55,945 nucleotides of DNA from a virus (taxonomy: Duplodnaviria > Caudoviricetes): IMG/VR virus record IMGVR_UViG_3300044491_002553, positions 1-55,945 of that record; one strand, given 5' to 3'. Shown piece after piece: positions 8,460 to 23,100 of this stretch (the stretch's first letter is position 1; every line of letters starts with the position of its first letter). Position numbers and translations under genes: made by a program. The notes beneath the pieces were generated by a model. It did no database searches. It worked only from the letters and a program-made list of their open reading frames with translations, and was not told the DNA's origin.

Positions 8460-11123
8460 CTATACTTTCAATAAACATTCAACCAGTTTTTCGCCTTCAT
8501 CTGTATTTGTTTCTATTGCAATACCTACCAATTGACCATCACCACTTCTACATGCTCTGCCATTTAAATCAGCAAACACTCTTTCACCTTTATTTACTGG
8601 ACCAAATACTCTTACAGGAACACGCCCTACAAGTGCTATTGGTATACCACCTTCTTGTTTACTGTTCATCAAGTATGCTGGATCTGTTGATACAACACCT
8701 GCAACAAAATCATCTGGTCCACACAGTGTTACTTCTGCACCACCACCTATGGATACCACTGTACCTGGCTCATAAGATGCATCTGGCAAATAATTTTCTG
8801 CCACGTCAGCATACTGTGCCGAAGTAGCAACACCACTAAATGTTGTTGCAGTCACTGTGCCTGAACTTGGGTTGTATGTAAAGCCACTGTCTTGTGTAAC
8901 GGCTGTTAATGAACCTGATGTTGCTGAACCTACATAAATTAATCTTTCTGCATTTGTACTTTCATCATTTGTGACTGTTGTACTTGTAGTGGAAAAACTT
9001 AATGTACCAGATCCGTTAGTTACAAGTGCATCACCAATTGATCCATCAGTACTAGGAAGTGTCCAAGTTATGTTACTGCTTACTGTTGCTGGTGCTTGAA
9101 AGGCAACCCAATTACTACTATCACTATCTGCAAAACGTAAATCACTCTGTGCTTTTAGTTGTACATTGGCGCCAATATCTACAATTCCTGTACCAGAAGT
9201 TTCAATTTCTATATTTTGGTTACTGTTTATGGTTTCTAGTCTACTGCCTCTAATAGCCATACTTGGATTGTCAGTATCACCAATTTCTAAACTGCGTAAT
9301 TGTAAATCTGCAAGTTCGAAGTTTGCATCATCTGTATCTATAGTTGGTTGATCTGGTTCTACTCCATAATCTCCAAAAAGTTTAAATTTACTATCTGTTG
9401 CATCTCTAAAAAAGCCAGCATGTGCTATTCGTACACCATTAAAGTAATGTCCTACAAATCCAATATCTATTACATCACTGCTTTCGTTACCAACAGCCAA
9501 TTGAATTTTACTGTCTGTTACTGCTAAATCATTAGCACTAATAGTTGTTGTTGTACCTTGTACTGTTAAGTTACCAGTAACAGTAAGTGCGTTTCCAACT
9601 GTTAAGTCATTTGATATATTAACATTATTGGGCAACCCAATAGTTATTGTTTGTCCACTTACACTGGTGTTAACTTCGTCTGTTGTACCTGACACTGTTA
9701 GTGTTTGTGAAGTTGAAACTGATCCAGAACCACTATCACCAGCAGTGCTTATTGTTAAGTCAGTTGAACTAATCTGTGCATCAACATAAGATTTTGTTGC
9801 GGCATCTTGGCCACTTGTTGGATCTGTAACATTAACAATTTTACTGTTGTTCATGTCTATGTTACTGCTGACTGAAACAACACCAGTACCATTTGGTACT
9901 AAAACAAGATCGGCATTGCTCACATTTGTTGTAATATTGTTGTCTACTATTGTAATCTCATCTATGACTGCCGTGGTTGCATTAATTTGAGTTGATGTAA
10001 TATTTGTTGCACCTGTGACAACACCAGCATCAACTACTATTGTGCTATCTAAAACAATTTGTTGTCCTGCTAGTGGGGTAATATTTAAATCTGTGCCAGC
10101 AGTACTGCTAATTGTATTCCCATTAATATTAATGTTATCAACTTGTAGTGCAGTTAGTGTTCCTAAACTAGTTACATTTGTTTGTGCCGCAGTTGCTAGT
10201 ATTCCTGTTATATCTCCGGTGGCAGTCAATGCACCGTCAATACTAACTATACCCGTTCCATTTGGTTTGAGAACAATGTTGCTATTTGTAGCAATATTTT
10301 CAATAGTGTTAGCCTCACTGTTTATTTTTAAGTTTCCAAACTCTGGACTGCTCACTGTATTGATTGTAAGTGTATTTGCGGCTTGTGTAATTGTTAAATT
10401 ATCACCATGATCTATTGTTCTAAAATTTAATGCAACACCACTTTTACCAGCAAAAATTTCATTAGCACCACCAAGGTTTGATCCTCTGTTTGCTTCACCA
10501 CCTGCCGCACCAGGTAATTCTGCTAGTTCTATTTTTCCACTGACACTATTGTATACTAGTCCAAAGCCATCAGTTGGACTGTCCATTGTAGTGCTTAATA
10601 CATCGTTAAGTGCCGCAATACTGGTTGCGTTTATTACTGTTGTTACTCTACCATCAGTGTAGTATAAATTTGTTTGTTCTGGAATATCTGCTGTACTAAT
10701 CTGATTTGCACCTGTACCAAAATCTATCATAGTATCTTTTATTTGGTCGTTTCCAACACTTATTACACCACCACTAAAGGTTATACCAGCACCTGCACTT
10801 AGATGTGCCCGTACATCACTTGCACTAGGACCGGTAAAAGTTATTACACCTGTACCACTGTCATAACTTAGACTACCATCACCTCCACTATCAGTTATAC
10901 TAATAGCACTTCTGGCTCTTGCATTAGTAAAATATAAGTTTGTATTTTCTGTAACGTTTGCAGTTGTTACAGTCAATGCATTACTGGTTGCTGTCAAACC
11001 ATTAAAAGTTTTTATATAGTTTGCTTCTACCACATCTAATCGTGTATCTAAATCTGTAAAGTTACCATCCATTTCATTGAATGTTAATGCTGTACTTTTA
11101 CTTGATCTAAGTGTAATTGTCAT
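8460..11123 (-). CDS. Tail fibre-like protein with a C-terminal peptidase G2/IMC-like domain
   Basis: LTFNEMDGNF N-terminus; NLYFT/NLYYT repeats; PNGTG repeats; DAATKSYVD; C-terminal QYADVAE...PAYLMN...GRVPV. Confidence 0.75.
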   Translation of the reverse strand: MTITLRSSKSTALTFNEMDGNFTDLDTRLDVVEANYIKTFNGLTATSNALTVTTANVTENTNLYFTNARARSAISITDSGGDGSLSYDSGTGVITFTGPSASDVRAHLSAGAGITFSGGVISVGNDQIKDTMIDFGTGANQISTADIPEQTNLYYTDGRVTTVINATSIAALNDVLSTTMDSPTDGFGLVYNSVSGKIELAELPGAAGGEANRGSNLGGANEIFAGKSGVALNFRTIDHGDNLTITQAANTLTINTVSSPEFGNLKINSEANTIENIATNSNIVLKPNGTGIVSIDGALTATGDITGILATAAQTNVTSLGTLTALQVDNININGNTISSTAGTDLNITPLAGQQIVLDSTIVVDAGVVTGATNITSTQINATTAVIDEITIVDNNITTNVSNADLVLVPNGTGVVSVSSNIDMNNSKIVNVTDPTSGQDAATKSYVDAQISSTDLTISTAGDSGSGSVSTSQTLTVSGTTDEVNTSVSGQTITIGLPNNVNISNDLTVGNALTVTGNLTVQGTTTTISANDLAVTDSKIQLAVGNESSDVIDIGFVGHYFNGVRIAHAGFFRDATDSKFKLFGDYGVEPDQPTIDTDDANFELADLQLRSLEIGDTDNPSMAIRGSRLETINSNQNIEIETSGTGIVDIGANVQLKAQSDLRFADSDSSNWVAFQAPATVSSNITWTLPSTDGSIGDALVTNGSGTLSFSTTSTTVTNDESTNAERLIYVGSATSGSLTAVTQDSGFTYNPSSGTVTATTFSGVATSAQYADVAENYLPDASYEPGTVVSIGGGAEVTLCGPDDFVAGVVSTDPAYLMNSKQEGGIPIALVGRVPVRVFGPVNKGERVFADLNGRACRSGDGQLVGIAIETNTDEGEKLVECLLKV

Positions 11124-11158
11124 CGTGTATTCCTTATACTATATTTAGTGTAGTTTAA

Positions 11159-14100
11159 TCACTCAACGTATCCAGTTTCAACATAATCATCAACTAGGTA
11201 TCTTCCTTCATTCCCCTCTTTCAAGAAGTTTGGAAGTTCTGCTTTCTTTTCTTTCAAGAAGTTTGCATTTGTTGTTGTTGATTGTTGTAAGCCGTTGCCG
11301 TCTGCCGCATTACCAGTTCCTAGATCGTACCATGTCTTAGTATGTGTATCACTTGCTGGTAGTTCTTGGTCCAATCCGCCATCAACTACTGTTGTTTCTT
11401 TTTCAATAAAGTCTGTGAATGTAGTACCACCAGTACCTCTTCTCAACCCTGTTATGAAATGATCTTCATAACTTATTTCCCAATATGTAATTCTTTCACT
11501 TCCTATAAACACCACACCTGGTGTTGTAGATTCTCTACTTGCAAACGGAAGTGCATTTGCATTATTTACATAAATTTTTGTGTCAGTTGGACTTACATCT
11601 TGTGTGGTAAATGTTGTATTTTCTACTGCTAATCTTCTGTATTGATTAACACCCAACATGTCATAAAATATTCTAAATCCTAGTGTGTCTTGGACTGTAT
11701 TTTGTGTGTACTGTGTTACTATCAACTCAGTACTTCCGGTTGTAATATCTTTGTATGCTTCTGAAAGTATTAAGATATCATCCTCAAGTATAAAATCACC
11801 TGGATGTAATCTTACACCATCATGTGTAACCCAAAGATAAGCGTTGTCTGTCGCTGTTCTGCCAACCAAATATGAGCCGTAACCTCTACCTCCATTGCCT
11901 GTACCTACAAAAACTTGTGTGCGTATGCGTAGTGGATCGTGGTTACTGAAACTTGTAATTTTAAGTGTTTGTCCAGTTGTGAAACTAACTGCACCGTCCA
12001 GTGTGATACTTGTACCATCAGCACTTATTAAGTATTCTGCATTTGCAACATTTCCTACAATAATAATATCACCATTGCTTGGCTGTACCACTGGTGTTAC
12101 CTCTCCAGTTGCACTGTTGTAACTGTAATCATCATTGGCTACAAGATTAGTGGTTACACCTGAAGATATTTTTGCTACTCTTATATCACCTATGCCTGCA
12201 GGTGCACTTTCTCCTGCTGTTGTGCTGATAGCAAAATTTGTTTCACTGCCTGTTGCTGTGTGATATACGGTGTTGCTAGGTCTCAATCTATGACCATCAA
12301 GTTCAACTACAACATTACCTTCCATAGGCTGTGCATATTTTATTGTGTTTGATAAACTGTAAACCAATGTACCAGATGTCAAAGACTTATCTTCAACACT
12401 TAATATGCTCATTGCATCTCTGGTAGACGATTGATTAAATCCAAATATGTGTATGTGAGCACCTTGTGGCGGTGCTGATGAAAAGGATATAGCAGTTCTG
12501 TTGTCAACTCCTGTGAATGATGTGGTTGTTAATACTCCATTTACAAAAACATAAAGTTGTTGTATAGTGCTTGTGCTTTGTCCTAGTGTAAATATACTTG
12601 TGCTTCCATCTGCTATAAAAGTTTTATCAACAGTCATCTTTTCACCAGTACCTGCATGACTGTAGATGTGTACTGTTTGTCCAACTGTAGGAGCAGTGTC
12701 AAAACTTACTGTTTGATCTCTGTAGTCAATATTATAACCTGTACTCTGTCTTGTGGTATCAATGTATACAATATGAAATTCAAAATCAGTTTTTGAACCA
12801 AACTCTTGTCCATAAGCAAAAGTTCTTGTGGTTCCGTCACCTAAGAAACTTTTTACTTGGCTTCTCCAACCATTTCCGTTTGCTTCGTAATCATCACCTG
12901 GATCTGTATACACTTCCATATCTAGTGTATCAAATACTCTACCAGGCACTAGTTCTTCTGGAGCATGGCTGTTGTATGTGTCAACAAATGCTCCACCATC
13001 AATGTCAATATCTTCTGGACGTTGACCTAGACTTAGATCAGTAAACAAACTTTCAATTTTTGTGTCAAGTAAACTTCCACCACCTAGAACAGTTAAGCCA
13101 TCAGTGTCTATTTCAAAACTATCAAACTGCACAGTATCAAAGTTGCCACTATCAAATCCAGGCTCGTCACTAAAACTAGGACCTTCTATTACACTACCTG
13201 GATAAGTTGTACCATTTTGTAACAGTCCAATATCATCACCAAGCATTCCTTCACTTGGATAATAGTAACCTGCTATTCTATCTGCGGCTGTTGAAAAGTC
13301 TTCATCAGCATACACTGTCATTACAGTTGTGCCACTGCTGTTTTCAGTGCTAAATGTATCTCCACTTGTAAATGCTGTTGTCACTGTGTACACTTCTTGT
13401 GTTCTTGTTGTTGTATTTTGATATGCAACAATATCATTGACACTGTAAGAAGTGTTCTTTGCCCAATCTTTAACTGTAGAACTGTATGTGATACGATCAA
13501 ATTTCAGTGTTGTATCAAAATCTCTTGTTGTGTTATTTTCTATTCTAGGCAATAAATCTGCACCAGTGCCAGAACCTTCAACAGTCACAGTTGGTGTTTG
13601 TGTATAACCACTACCATAGTTGGTGATGTTTACTCTGATAATTTTATCACCATTTGTTATTGCTGTTGCTGTTGCAGTTACTCCGCCACTTAGTTGTGGA
13701 GCACTTATAGTAACTGTTGGGTTTACAATATATCCAGTGCCACCTGATTGAATAACAATACTGCTAAGTTTGTATCCATAATTATCGTTCCATGGTTTAT
13801 TCAATCCGTCGCTTAGTTTTGCTGTATCTCCAGTTAGTGAACCGTCTGGCTTTCTAAATCTGCCTTCAACTGTGTCATAATAACTGTGTACATCAAAATC
13901 AGTTACATCACTGCCATATGTATCAAGTTTTGCATAACTAGGCACATACTCTCTTATTTTTGTATGGTATGGTTTTGTTTCATTTATAAAGTCTTCTATA
14001 AAAGTTTGGTTGTCATACTTGAAAGTTGGATATTGATCTAAATTTCTAACCTTGTGTAAAACTTTTAAGAAACTTGTTTTGATCACCCAATCTGGTTGAT

Positions 14101-17100
14101 TATCAGTTTCATGAAGTGCATACTCAATCAATCTAAAAAACAATTTGTTAAAATTAACAGCAAGTTCATTAACAAAAATATCATCTTTCAATGATTTAAT
14201 AATGTAACGTACTTCTTGACTTGTGTTTCTGTCATACTGTCCAAGATCAAATGCTGTGCCAAACACATCAAATGTTCCAACATCTGTGCTGTCATAATCA
14301 AAAAGTTTACTACTGAATTGTATTGTGCCATTTTCAATTATAACTTCAGACCATGTACCATCACTTTTTAGTTCAAAGAAACTAAAATTACCATCATCAT
14401 TTGTTAAAACTTTCGCTGTTTCTCCTGTTACTGCTGATGTAAGTGTCAGTAGATCTGCTTCAGTTTGAATTTGATAATTTGGTACACTTGCATTATTGTA
14501 TCCTGTAGAATAGTAATTTTGATAACTCCAATATCTTGTGGTATCAAAACTCTGTATTTGCACTAGATTCCAAGTTTTTGTAGCATCTAAATTATATATT
14601 GTCCAATAATTGTCGTTATTTTCATCTTCAAGCACAAGTACTTTATACCCTGTGGCTAATATTGCTGTGTTTAGAAAATCTCTCTCTACAATACTTGCAA
14701 CTTGTTTGTTCCATTTACCACTAACACTTGTAGGAATACTTTCTTTTTGCTGTAATCCTGTAATACTAGCACTTCTTGTGATAGGTAGTTTTGCTAATTC
14801 TTTATTTGCATACTGTACCATTACTTTAATAGCATGTCTATTGTTCTTAAATATACTCTGCCTTGGCCTATAACTTACTCCATATTTTTCTGCGTCACTT
14901 AAAAATGGATCTGGAACAGCGTTGCCCAATGAATCTATTCCGGATAAACTGTCAACTAATTTGTCATAAATTACTTTTGGAACAATACCATTTGCATCAT
15001 TTTCTGTTACAAGTTCAAATTCACTGTGTACCACATGATTGTTTTTCACCACATCAAAATCTACACTTAGTATTGTATCTTTACCTGAAAAGAAACTTTC
15101 ACAGTTAAACAAAGCAATTTGGTCTTTTGCAACAACACCACAATAACTAACACCTGCTGACTTTGGATTTTCAATTAATTTTGTAACACTGTCTATGCTG
15201 ATATTTCTAAACGCACTTTCTACTGGCACACTTACTTTGTTTTTAACCCAAAAGTAATATCTTATGTTAACAGTATTAGTTGCGGCATTATATATTTGTG
15301 CTGTGCTAAATTTGGTTATATCAAATGGAGTACCTTCTCCTTGATATTGCTGTGGAGGAGTAATACTTTCTACCCATTCATATACATCTACACTACTGCC
15401 TGGAAACAGTGTATTCCAATATTGTGTTCTATAATCATCACTGCCTTGTTCATAATTTATATAAGTTGCAGTATCTAGATTCCACCAAACTCTTCCTAGT
15501 TTATCACTTACCCAATCACCTTTGGTTGTATTTGATTCTGTGTAATCAGCAGGATCATATGGTGTCATATAGTCTATTTCTGCAAGTGCCTCACCTGCAA
15601 TTTTACCTTTTGCACCATCAATATTATCTAAGAAAATCTCTATCTGTTGAGAATCTTTGTTGTATAACATAATTCTGTTGATACAATCTACATCTACTTT
15701 ACTGTCTTGGCTTCTGTATTTGCTCCAACCATCTAGTCTATTTGTGTTTTTAAATTCGTAAACACTACCACCATCTGATTTTTGTGCATCATCATCTTTT
15801 GCACCAACAAAAAGTACATTATCTTGTAGTGATATTGCACTGCCAAAACTGTCATTTGTATCTATGTATTGACTGCTTAGGTGTTGTACAAAACCATATT
15901 GATTGTGATTTGTTACACTTTCATCCTTTGCACCAAGCAACTGATAAACATATCCAGCACCACTGTTTGGTTTCTTAGTAATAAATTGTGTGCTGTTTTG
16001 ATCAAATGTAGTTGTGTACTGATTGTATGTTGCACTGTTTTGAATGGTGTTTAGATCAAATCTTGTTCTTATCACACTACTTGCTTTGTCACTGCTGACC
16101 ACAAGATTGTAAGTGTAAGTTTTTCCGTTTCTGTTGTCTACATATTTGTCAAATGCAACTGATCTACCAAAGTTTTCATTTTCGGCCTGCAGAGGATGTG
16201 TAATTTTTTGTATAAATGTAAATGGTTTAATTCCTGCTTCTGATAATGTATCACCTACACCTTTAGTAACTGTTAATTTATTATCTACTGCTGTGTTTGT
16301 ACTGATGATTTTAATTTGACCATTTACATTTTCTGCTGTCACATTAGGAATATTTGCGTTAACAATATCTGTAACCAACTTGTTAGGATCTGTGCTTGTG
16401 TCACTGACTGATACTTCTCTGCCATTAACAAAAATACTATCACTGCTTGTGGTAGCATATGTACCATCAATGCTTGTAATCTCTCCATAACGTTTGGCTG
16501 TGTTCACATATACTAAAACACTTCCTGTGTTTGGATTAATTTCATCTTCGCCTGGTGAACCTACAGCAACGTAACTGCCTTGAGTATCAATACCAACACT
16601 AAATCCAAAGTTCTCACTGTCAGTAACTGTTTGTCCTCCAAACCCGTCTTGGTCTATTGTTTGTGTAAGTTCCCATGTACCTGTAAACACTTCAATTACA
16701 TCACCATCACTTGGTGTTGCTCTCATTGTGATTACATTTCCTGCCCTACTGTAAAATCCATCTGAACTTCCATCACCACCTGCTTCACCAGTTGTTAGTG
16801 TTTGTATAATGCCATTTTTCTTAACTGTAATACCAACTGTTGGGAGTGTTGTAGTGGTTGTAAAAGCAGTCGTAACAGCATCACCTATAAAAGTTTCAAT
16901 CACTTGATCAAATACATGAGCCTGTCCTGCGTTTGATACACTATCAACTGTGGCATAAGGAGCACCAGCAACAAATGTATTACCTTCGTATGTTGCGTCT
17001 AAACTGGTACCTAAAGCATCACTACCACCGATTCCAGCAACAGTCACAGAATCTGTCTGTCTAAAATAACTGTTTTGTCTAACAACAACCTTTATGCCAT

Positions 17101-20100
17101 TTGCTGGTGCAGTTGTAAAAGTAATATTACTGCTACTGATTGTAAAATCACTGCCTGGAAAGTATACTTTGCCATTACTATCAAGCACATTCAAAGCACT
17201 GACATGCACAGGAGTAAAACCTAATGCAAATTCAGTGGTACTAGCATCACCAGTGGCTGTGTAGTTTCTCTGCAATGTTGTAGACAATGCTTCATACTGA
17301 TAGGTGTAAATCTTGTTATCACCAGGAGCAGTAATAAACATGTATCTATCATTTCCAGTCACATGAACCTGTGTTCCAAAGTTTTCGCCTGCGGCTCCAA
17401 TAATACTTTGGAAATGTGTTAAAGCACCATCACTTCCAACACTATAAACAAACACCGCACCCTTATCAGTGGCTGTATCAGGAGCACCTATAGCCGCATA
17501 CTGTAGTCCTAGGCCTATTGCGGCTCCAAAACTATCTACACTACTGCTTATATCAGCAACTGTTATACTGTTTGCTTCTTGTAATGCTCCACCTGATGTT
17601 GTTCTGTTATAAGGCACAACTTTACCTGTACTGCTTTGTGGTGCACCAACCAGTGCTTGGCTGGCACCTTGGCTAATTGCTACTGCTTGACCTAAATTGC
17701 CATTTGCTACAACACCTGATGTACTTTTGGTACCTGTGCTACTGAATGGTTCGTTTTTGTAAAAGACTGCCCATTTGTTATTTTCATCACTGTCCACCCA
17801 AACCTTTTCACCTTGGTTCCATCCCATTAAAGGAGTTGCTGTGCTGACATCTTTTAATTGTGTAAATCTACTTGTTGCCACTTTAAACAGAGGTTCTTTT
17901 ATACCTTGAACTCCTACTTCAGTAGTAAACCCTAGCACAATAACACTGGTTGGTGAAGCAACATTTACAACTTTGTGAAAACCTCCCACAGTAAATGTAC
18001 TTTGTATAAAGAACCAATCATTTTTTACTAAATTATGATCACTGTCAAAATTAAATCTAACTTGATTGTCTACAGCACTAACATCAACTGACAGTAAATT
18101 TGCCCTTGTCTCTTGAATACGTCTGACATCCCAAGTTGCACCACTTTTAGCAAACCAAATTTTATCGCCTCTGCCCACTAGTGATTTGTTTGCATCTAGT
18201 TGTTTTAAATTGTCAATGTTGTAACTTGTGTATTCAATATCATCAAGTCTAACATATCCGGCATCTTGTATTTCATTGTTTGTGTGTGTTGTAGTATCCT
18301 GTAATTTAAAAACACTTGCATTATAGTTTGCTGGTACTTTGTATAAATCTTTTTCGCTGTAATGATTATGGTTAGGATTGACAGTTGTTGTGTGTACTTC
18401 ACCATCTTCATGAAAATGTATAACATTTGGATTGGCTTGTGCAGTTGCTTCATCAATTGCAATTTCTATTATTTGGTTACTTCTTGTACTGCCATATTCA
18501 CCTACTCTAAATCCCCATTCTTCATAAAAATTAATACTCTGATCGTAGTTTGTTAGATTTGCATTGATCAATTTATTGATACTACTGGTACTACCTTTTG
18601 CTCCAATAAGTCCTTGATAAAATTTAACTTGACTGATATCATCTAATCCTAAATTTTCTAAATAGTCTCTTTTTCTAAATCCAAGTTGACCTTTTGCTAC
18701 TTGGTCTACTTGATTTTCTAAATTCAAATCGTCTATGTTATAGAAGTTTTCTAATTGGGTACTTCTGTTGTTTAGATTTGGCAGTAATCCAGTTTTTAAA
18801 TCACTTTGTTTCCAATATTCAAAATCAAACTTTGATTGACCTGTATGATCAAGTTTAGCAACATACACAAGATTTCTATAGGTAACTATATCACCTTTTT
18901 TATAATCTTGATTAGCGACCCAGATGTCATAGATATTATCATTTATAATAAATCCTGGAGCATGAATTGTACCATCCCAATCACCACTCTTGAAACCTAT
19001 TAATTTTAATCTATCTTGTCTACTGCCTAGTTCTGGCTGATAGATAACATCACTGAAAATAGTTTTGTTGTTGAACACAACAACATGTTCATACTGAATA
19101 GGATCAACACTTACAGCATAGATGTTTTCTTCATCAGTGTTAACAAATATGTCTGTGGTGTTACCAATTCTACTGACATCATAGTTTTTTGGTCTAATCA
19201 ACTGTCTATTTTCGTTACGTAAATATCCAGTCTTAGAAATATCATCTACAGTGGTGTATTGTCTTTCTACTTGTATTCTATCAAATATAGGACTTAAGGT
19301 AATAACACTGTCTATTGGCCACTGTTGATCGTTCCAAAACACAAACTCTTTTGCCGCTAACACTAAATCCTGTGGCATCCCATTGCCTAAAGCATCAATA
19401 AATTTTATGCCTTTTAACTTTAACCAACGCTGATATGCTATCAAGAAATCAAACATCTGTTGTGGTGTTTGTATAACAGTACCATACGGAATACCAACTA
19501 TTGTGTTTTCAAAATCTTTATATTCAACATAACTTATATTACCCACACTGTGTAAATTACTGTTTGCACTTCTTGTGCTAGGCACAATATTAAAAAATGG
19601 ATAATCTAAATCGTAACCTTGTACTTCAAAACCATTTGCTCTTTTAATAACCTGCACACCACTGTAAGATACTTTTTCCAATGGTGTAGATTTATGTGTT
19701 ATCAATTCATAATCTTCATCAGGTATAAATGTGTTTTGTTGAGTGCTTGTAGGTGTTGCATTTTCTGCCACAACTCTCAAGAAACTTTTGTCTGCATATC
19801 CTGAAAGTTTGTATGCAAGATTTACATTTAAGTTTTGTATTCTTGTTTGTAGGTCTGTAACATTTACACCAAGATATGTACCATACTCACCAACAAATTG
19901 ATTGTATCCTAGCGTCTGTCTAGTTCCACTGTTGATGTAAAATTCTGTGAGAGTAGGTCTGTATGCTTTTGTTTTTTGTAATATCTGTGTCCATCCTGTC
20001 TGATTTGTATCAAACAGATTAGTATCAAACATTAAAGTTCCATACTTAGCAGGCTTTCTCAACATTGCTACAATCTGTACAACATATGGCCATTCACTGC

Positions 20101-23100
20101 TTCTTCTCCATGCAGTTTCAACAGGATCACCATCACCAAAAATAAACTTGTCACTTGTGTTTGCACTTGTGGCATCGACACTTAAAAACTGTGCAGGACT
20201 TTTCAACGCACCTTGTTCATCTACTGGAATAAAATCTAAAAGTGTGCTACGTTTGTATTTTTCTAATACTGTATAAGCAGTGCCACTTGCATCACTGTAT
20301 AATTTTCCATCACGTAGGTCTTCCCAAAGAATACTGTTACCTGATGTATAAGGTGCAGGGCCATATCTGTTGGTCCACCAATTAGGTTTTACACTTAAAC
20401 CCAGCATCTCCCATGGTGTGGTGTTTGGAGTTTCAGTGTCATAAAACCATCTGTAAATGCCTCTCCAATAACCTGGCAATCTACTGCTGTTGGTTTTTTC
20501 TACAGCATTTTTATAGTTCCATGTAAATGGTTGATCTGCATCAAATACAGTAGTGCTGTTGATAGCAATACTGTTTTTATTACTCCATTGTTGGAAATAT
20601 TTGTTGATTATTCTGTTGACTTTACTTAATTCACTAGTGGTGTTTCTAAAATAGCCTGGTAAAACTTCTGCATAATCAATTAAATTTCTATTGTAGTTTG
20701 TTTTTATATTGTTGTAAATTCTTTTTTCAAGTTCTAGTATAATATCATCACGAATGTCTCCATACCCAACCCATCTGCTACCATCATGTCCTATAATAAC
20801 AGTTTGATCAACAACATAACTAGTGTCTGTGATTTTTTGTGGCACAAATTTATTGTACAATCCTAATTTTGTTGGTGTAGGTGGTATAAAGTTTCCATTG
20901 GTGTTGCTGTATTCAACAATTTTTACAACATCGTCAACAGCAAGACTTACTGTGCTTGTAAAAATTACTGCACCTTCACTTGTGTCAAAAGTATAATCAT
21001 TGTCTATACCAAATACTTTCAATTCATTGTTGATGTAAACTAAAACACCTTGTCTGGATTCAGTGTCAAGATCGAACTGACTGTTGAATGTAAAAAATGT
21101 TTCACTTGTGTCATCTACTGTGTGAGTAGTGGTTGTTCCTGTGTTACCCCAAGGCACCATATCACTGTAGAAAAATGGAAATACATCTGTCTTTCCGCCA
21201 ACCATAGATGATAAAATATCGTCAACAGTTTTTGATTTATTTGTCAAGTCTAGATCTAGTGTGTTTAAGTTTTCAATAAATTTATTTTTAAATCTAGTGT
21301 ACTCATTTTTGGTATAATCTATAGCAGGTATTACATTTACATGTGGATTTGTCATCATGTAAATTGGCAAAATTGCACCTGCACTGTGCTGTAAAATTTT
21401 TCCTTTGTATTTGCTATATGGCAGGTCTCTGATGTTACTGAATCCTGGTGTTGAACCACTGAACTCTACAATGTGCTGACTAATAACACTGAGATGATTT
21501 CTCATTTGTCCAAGTGTAAGTGTTGTAAAGTTTGCATTGTTACTGTTATTTTCTAGGTTATCTGGTATTTCGTAGTAACTGTTTTTTCCTTTGATGTCCT
21601 TGTTGTAGATTTTTATTGTAACAATATCACCAACAGTCCTATTGGTTGCAAAATTAACAGTGTAATCACTACCTATAGTATACTCACTGTCTTTGATAAT
21701 TTTTCCATTTACAAATACTTTGATATTTTTTTCTGTGTCTATGGTGTACGGAATTTCATAATCAAATTTTGTAAGATTATTTTCGTTTACTGTGTAGTTG
21801 TACACTTGAAATTGCTTACTTTCTTGTGCAATTTCTGTCCAACCATTGACAATAGTCCTAACATTACTGCTGTCAAACTGATGTGCATGTCCGCTTCGTA
21901 AAATAACATTTACTAATTTTCCATCTTTGGTGTATTGAAATGTATCAGTTTCAAAGTTATTGTCAAAAAGTATGTCGCCTATGTTGTTTAAATTCCTATA
22001 ACTTAGACCAAATCCCAACACAATATCTGCAGATGCACTACTGTTTCTTTTATAACTGAACAGTTTAGATCCTGCAAAAGTACTGCTTGGATATGTTGTT
22101 TCGTCATCAAAATTAACATGATTTTGATCATTTAAATTAAAAAGAGGTTCTTGGTTAAGTGCAGTTTTTTGCTGTGTTTCTTTCCAGACGCCTGTAGATT
22201 GATACACAAAACTTTTGCCTTGATTTGTTGCACCTAGTGTACTAACTACAACGTTATTTGCAACAACTGTGCTTGTTTCTGTTAACTGTATAATTTTATC
22301 TGTACTAGCAACATTATCTTCATCTATTAAACTTATTGTGTATACTTTGTTTCTTACATCTGCATCAGCGTCTTTAGTGAAAATTATTGTCATTCCAGGT
22401 GCAAGTTCTATGCCATCGCTGAAATATCCTATTTTACCATTTACATTAGACAGTGCATCTGTTTGTGTTGTATCTACAATATCTGCAGGTGCAATACCAA
22501 CTTGTCCAAAATTATAAAGTTCAAGTCCAGGCAAAAATTCAATAATAGGTCTTGTTGCTCTTTTATCATCATCTATAATTAGCGTGTAATCGTTGTACAC
22601 CGCGGTTTTCTCTATTACATCTCTGTGGAACCAACGATTTATACGACTCCATGGATTTCTATCATTACTTGCTCTATTAATTACAATGTAATCTTGTTCA
22701 AGAGGTTCTGCTCTACTTCCCTCAAAACCAGTTTCATCATAACCACTCTTGTCATATGGTTCACTGGCAGTTGTAATAAATGTTTCTGGAGATATCAATT
22801 CATCTACTGGCACAAGATCAATTTTTGTTCCTACACCTTCCACATAATATTCTTTGTTTGCATAACTGGTAGGTGTCACACTGCTATCAAATGCCACTTT
22901 TAGTCCATTAGTAAATGTAACTCCGTTTGGACTTGTAAATTCACTTCTTGTTATAATATCATTTATATCTAAATTTGGTTGTGCATCTATTTCAACTAGT
23001 TTTATTGTTCCAAATCTAGTTGAATCTGTTGCATCAGCATAAAAAAATGTGTCTTGTTCAGCAACCAAAGGTGGAACAATTTGATAAAAACCTTCAGCAT

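Noticed and set aside
5651-10410. Several plus-strand ORFs (e.g. 5651..6076, 6415..7101, 10015..10410)
   Set aside because: Antisense shadows of Thr/Gly/Ser-rich fibre genes; no RBS or recognisable motifs.
6291-11123. Diversity-generating retroelement target/template pair in the fibre C-termini
   Set aside because: The similarity is protein-level with many non-adenine differences, and there is no reverse transcriptase in the window.
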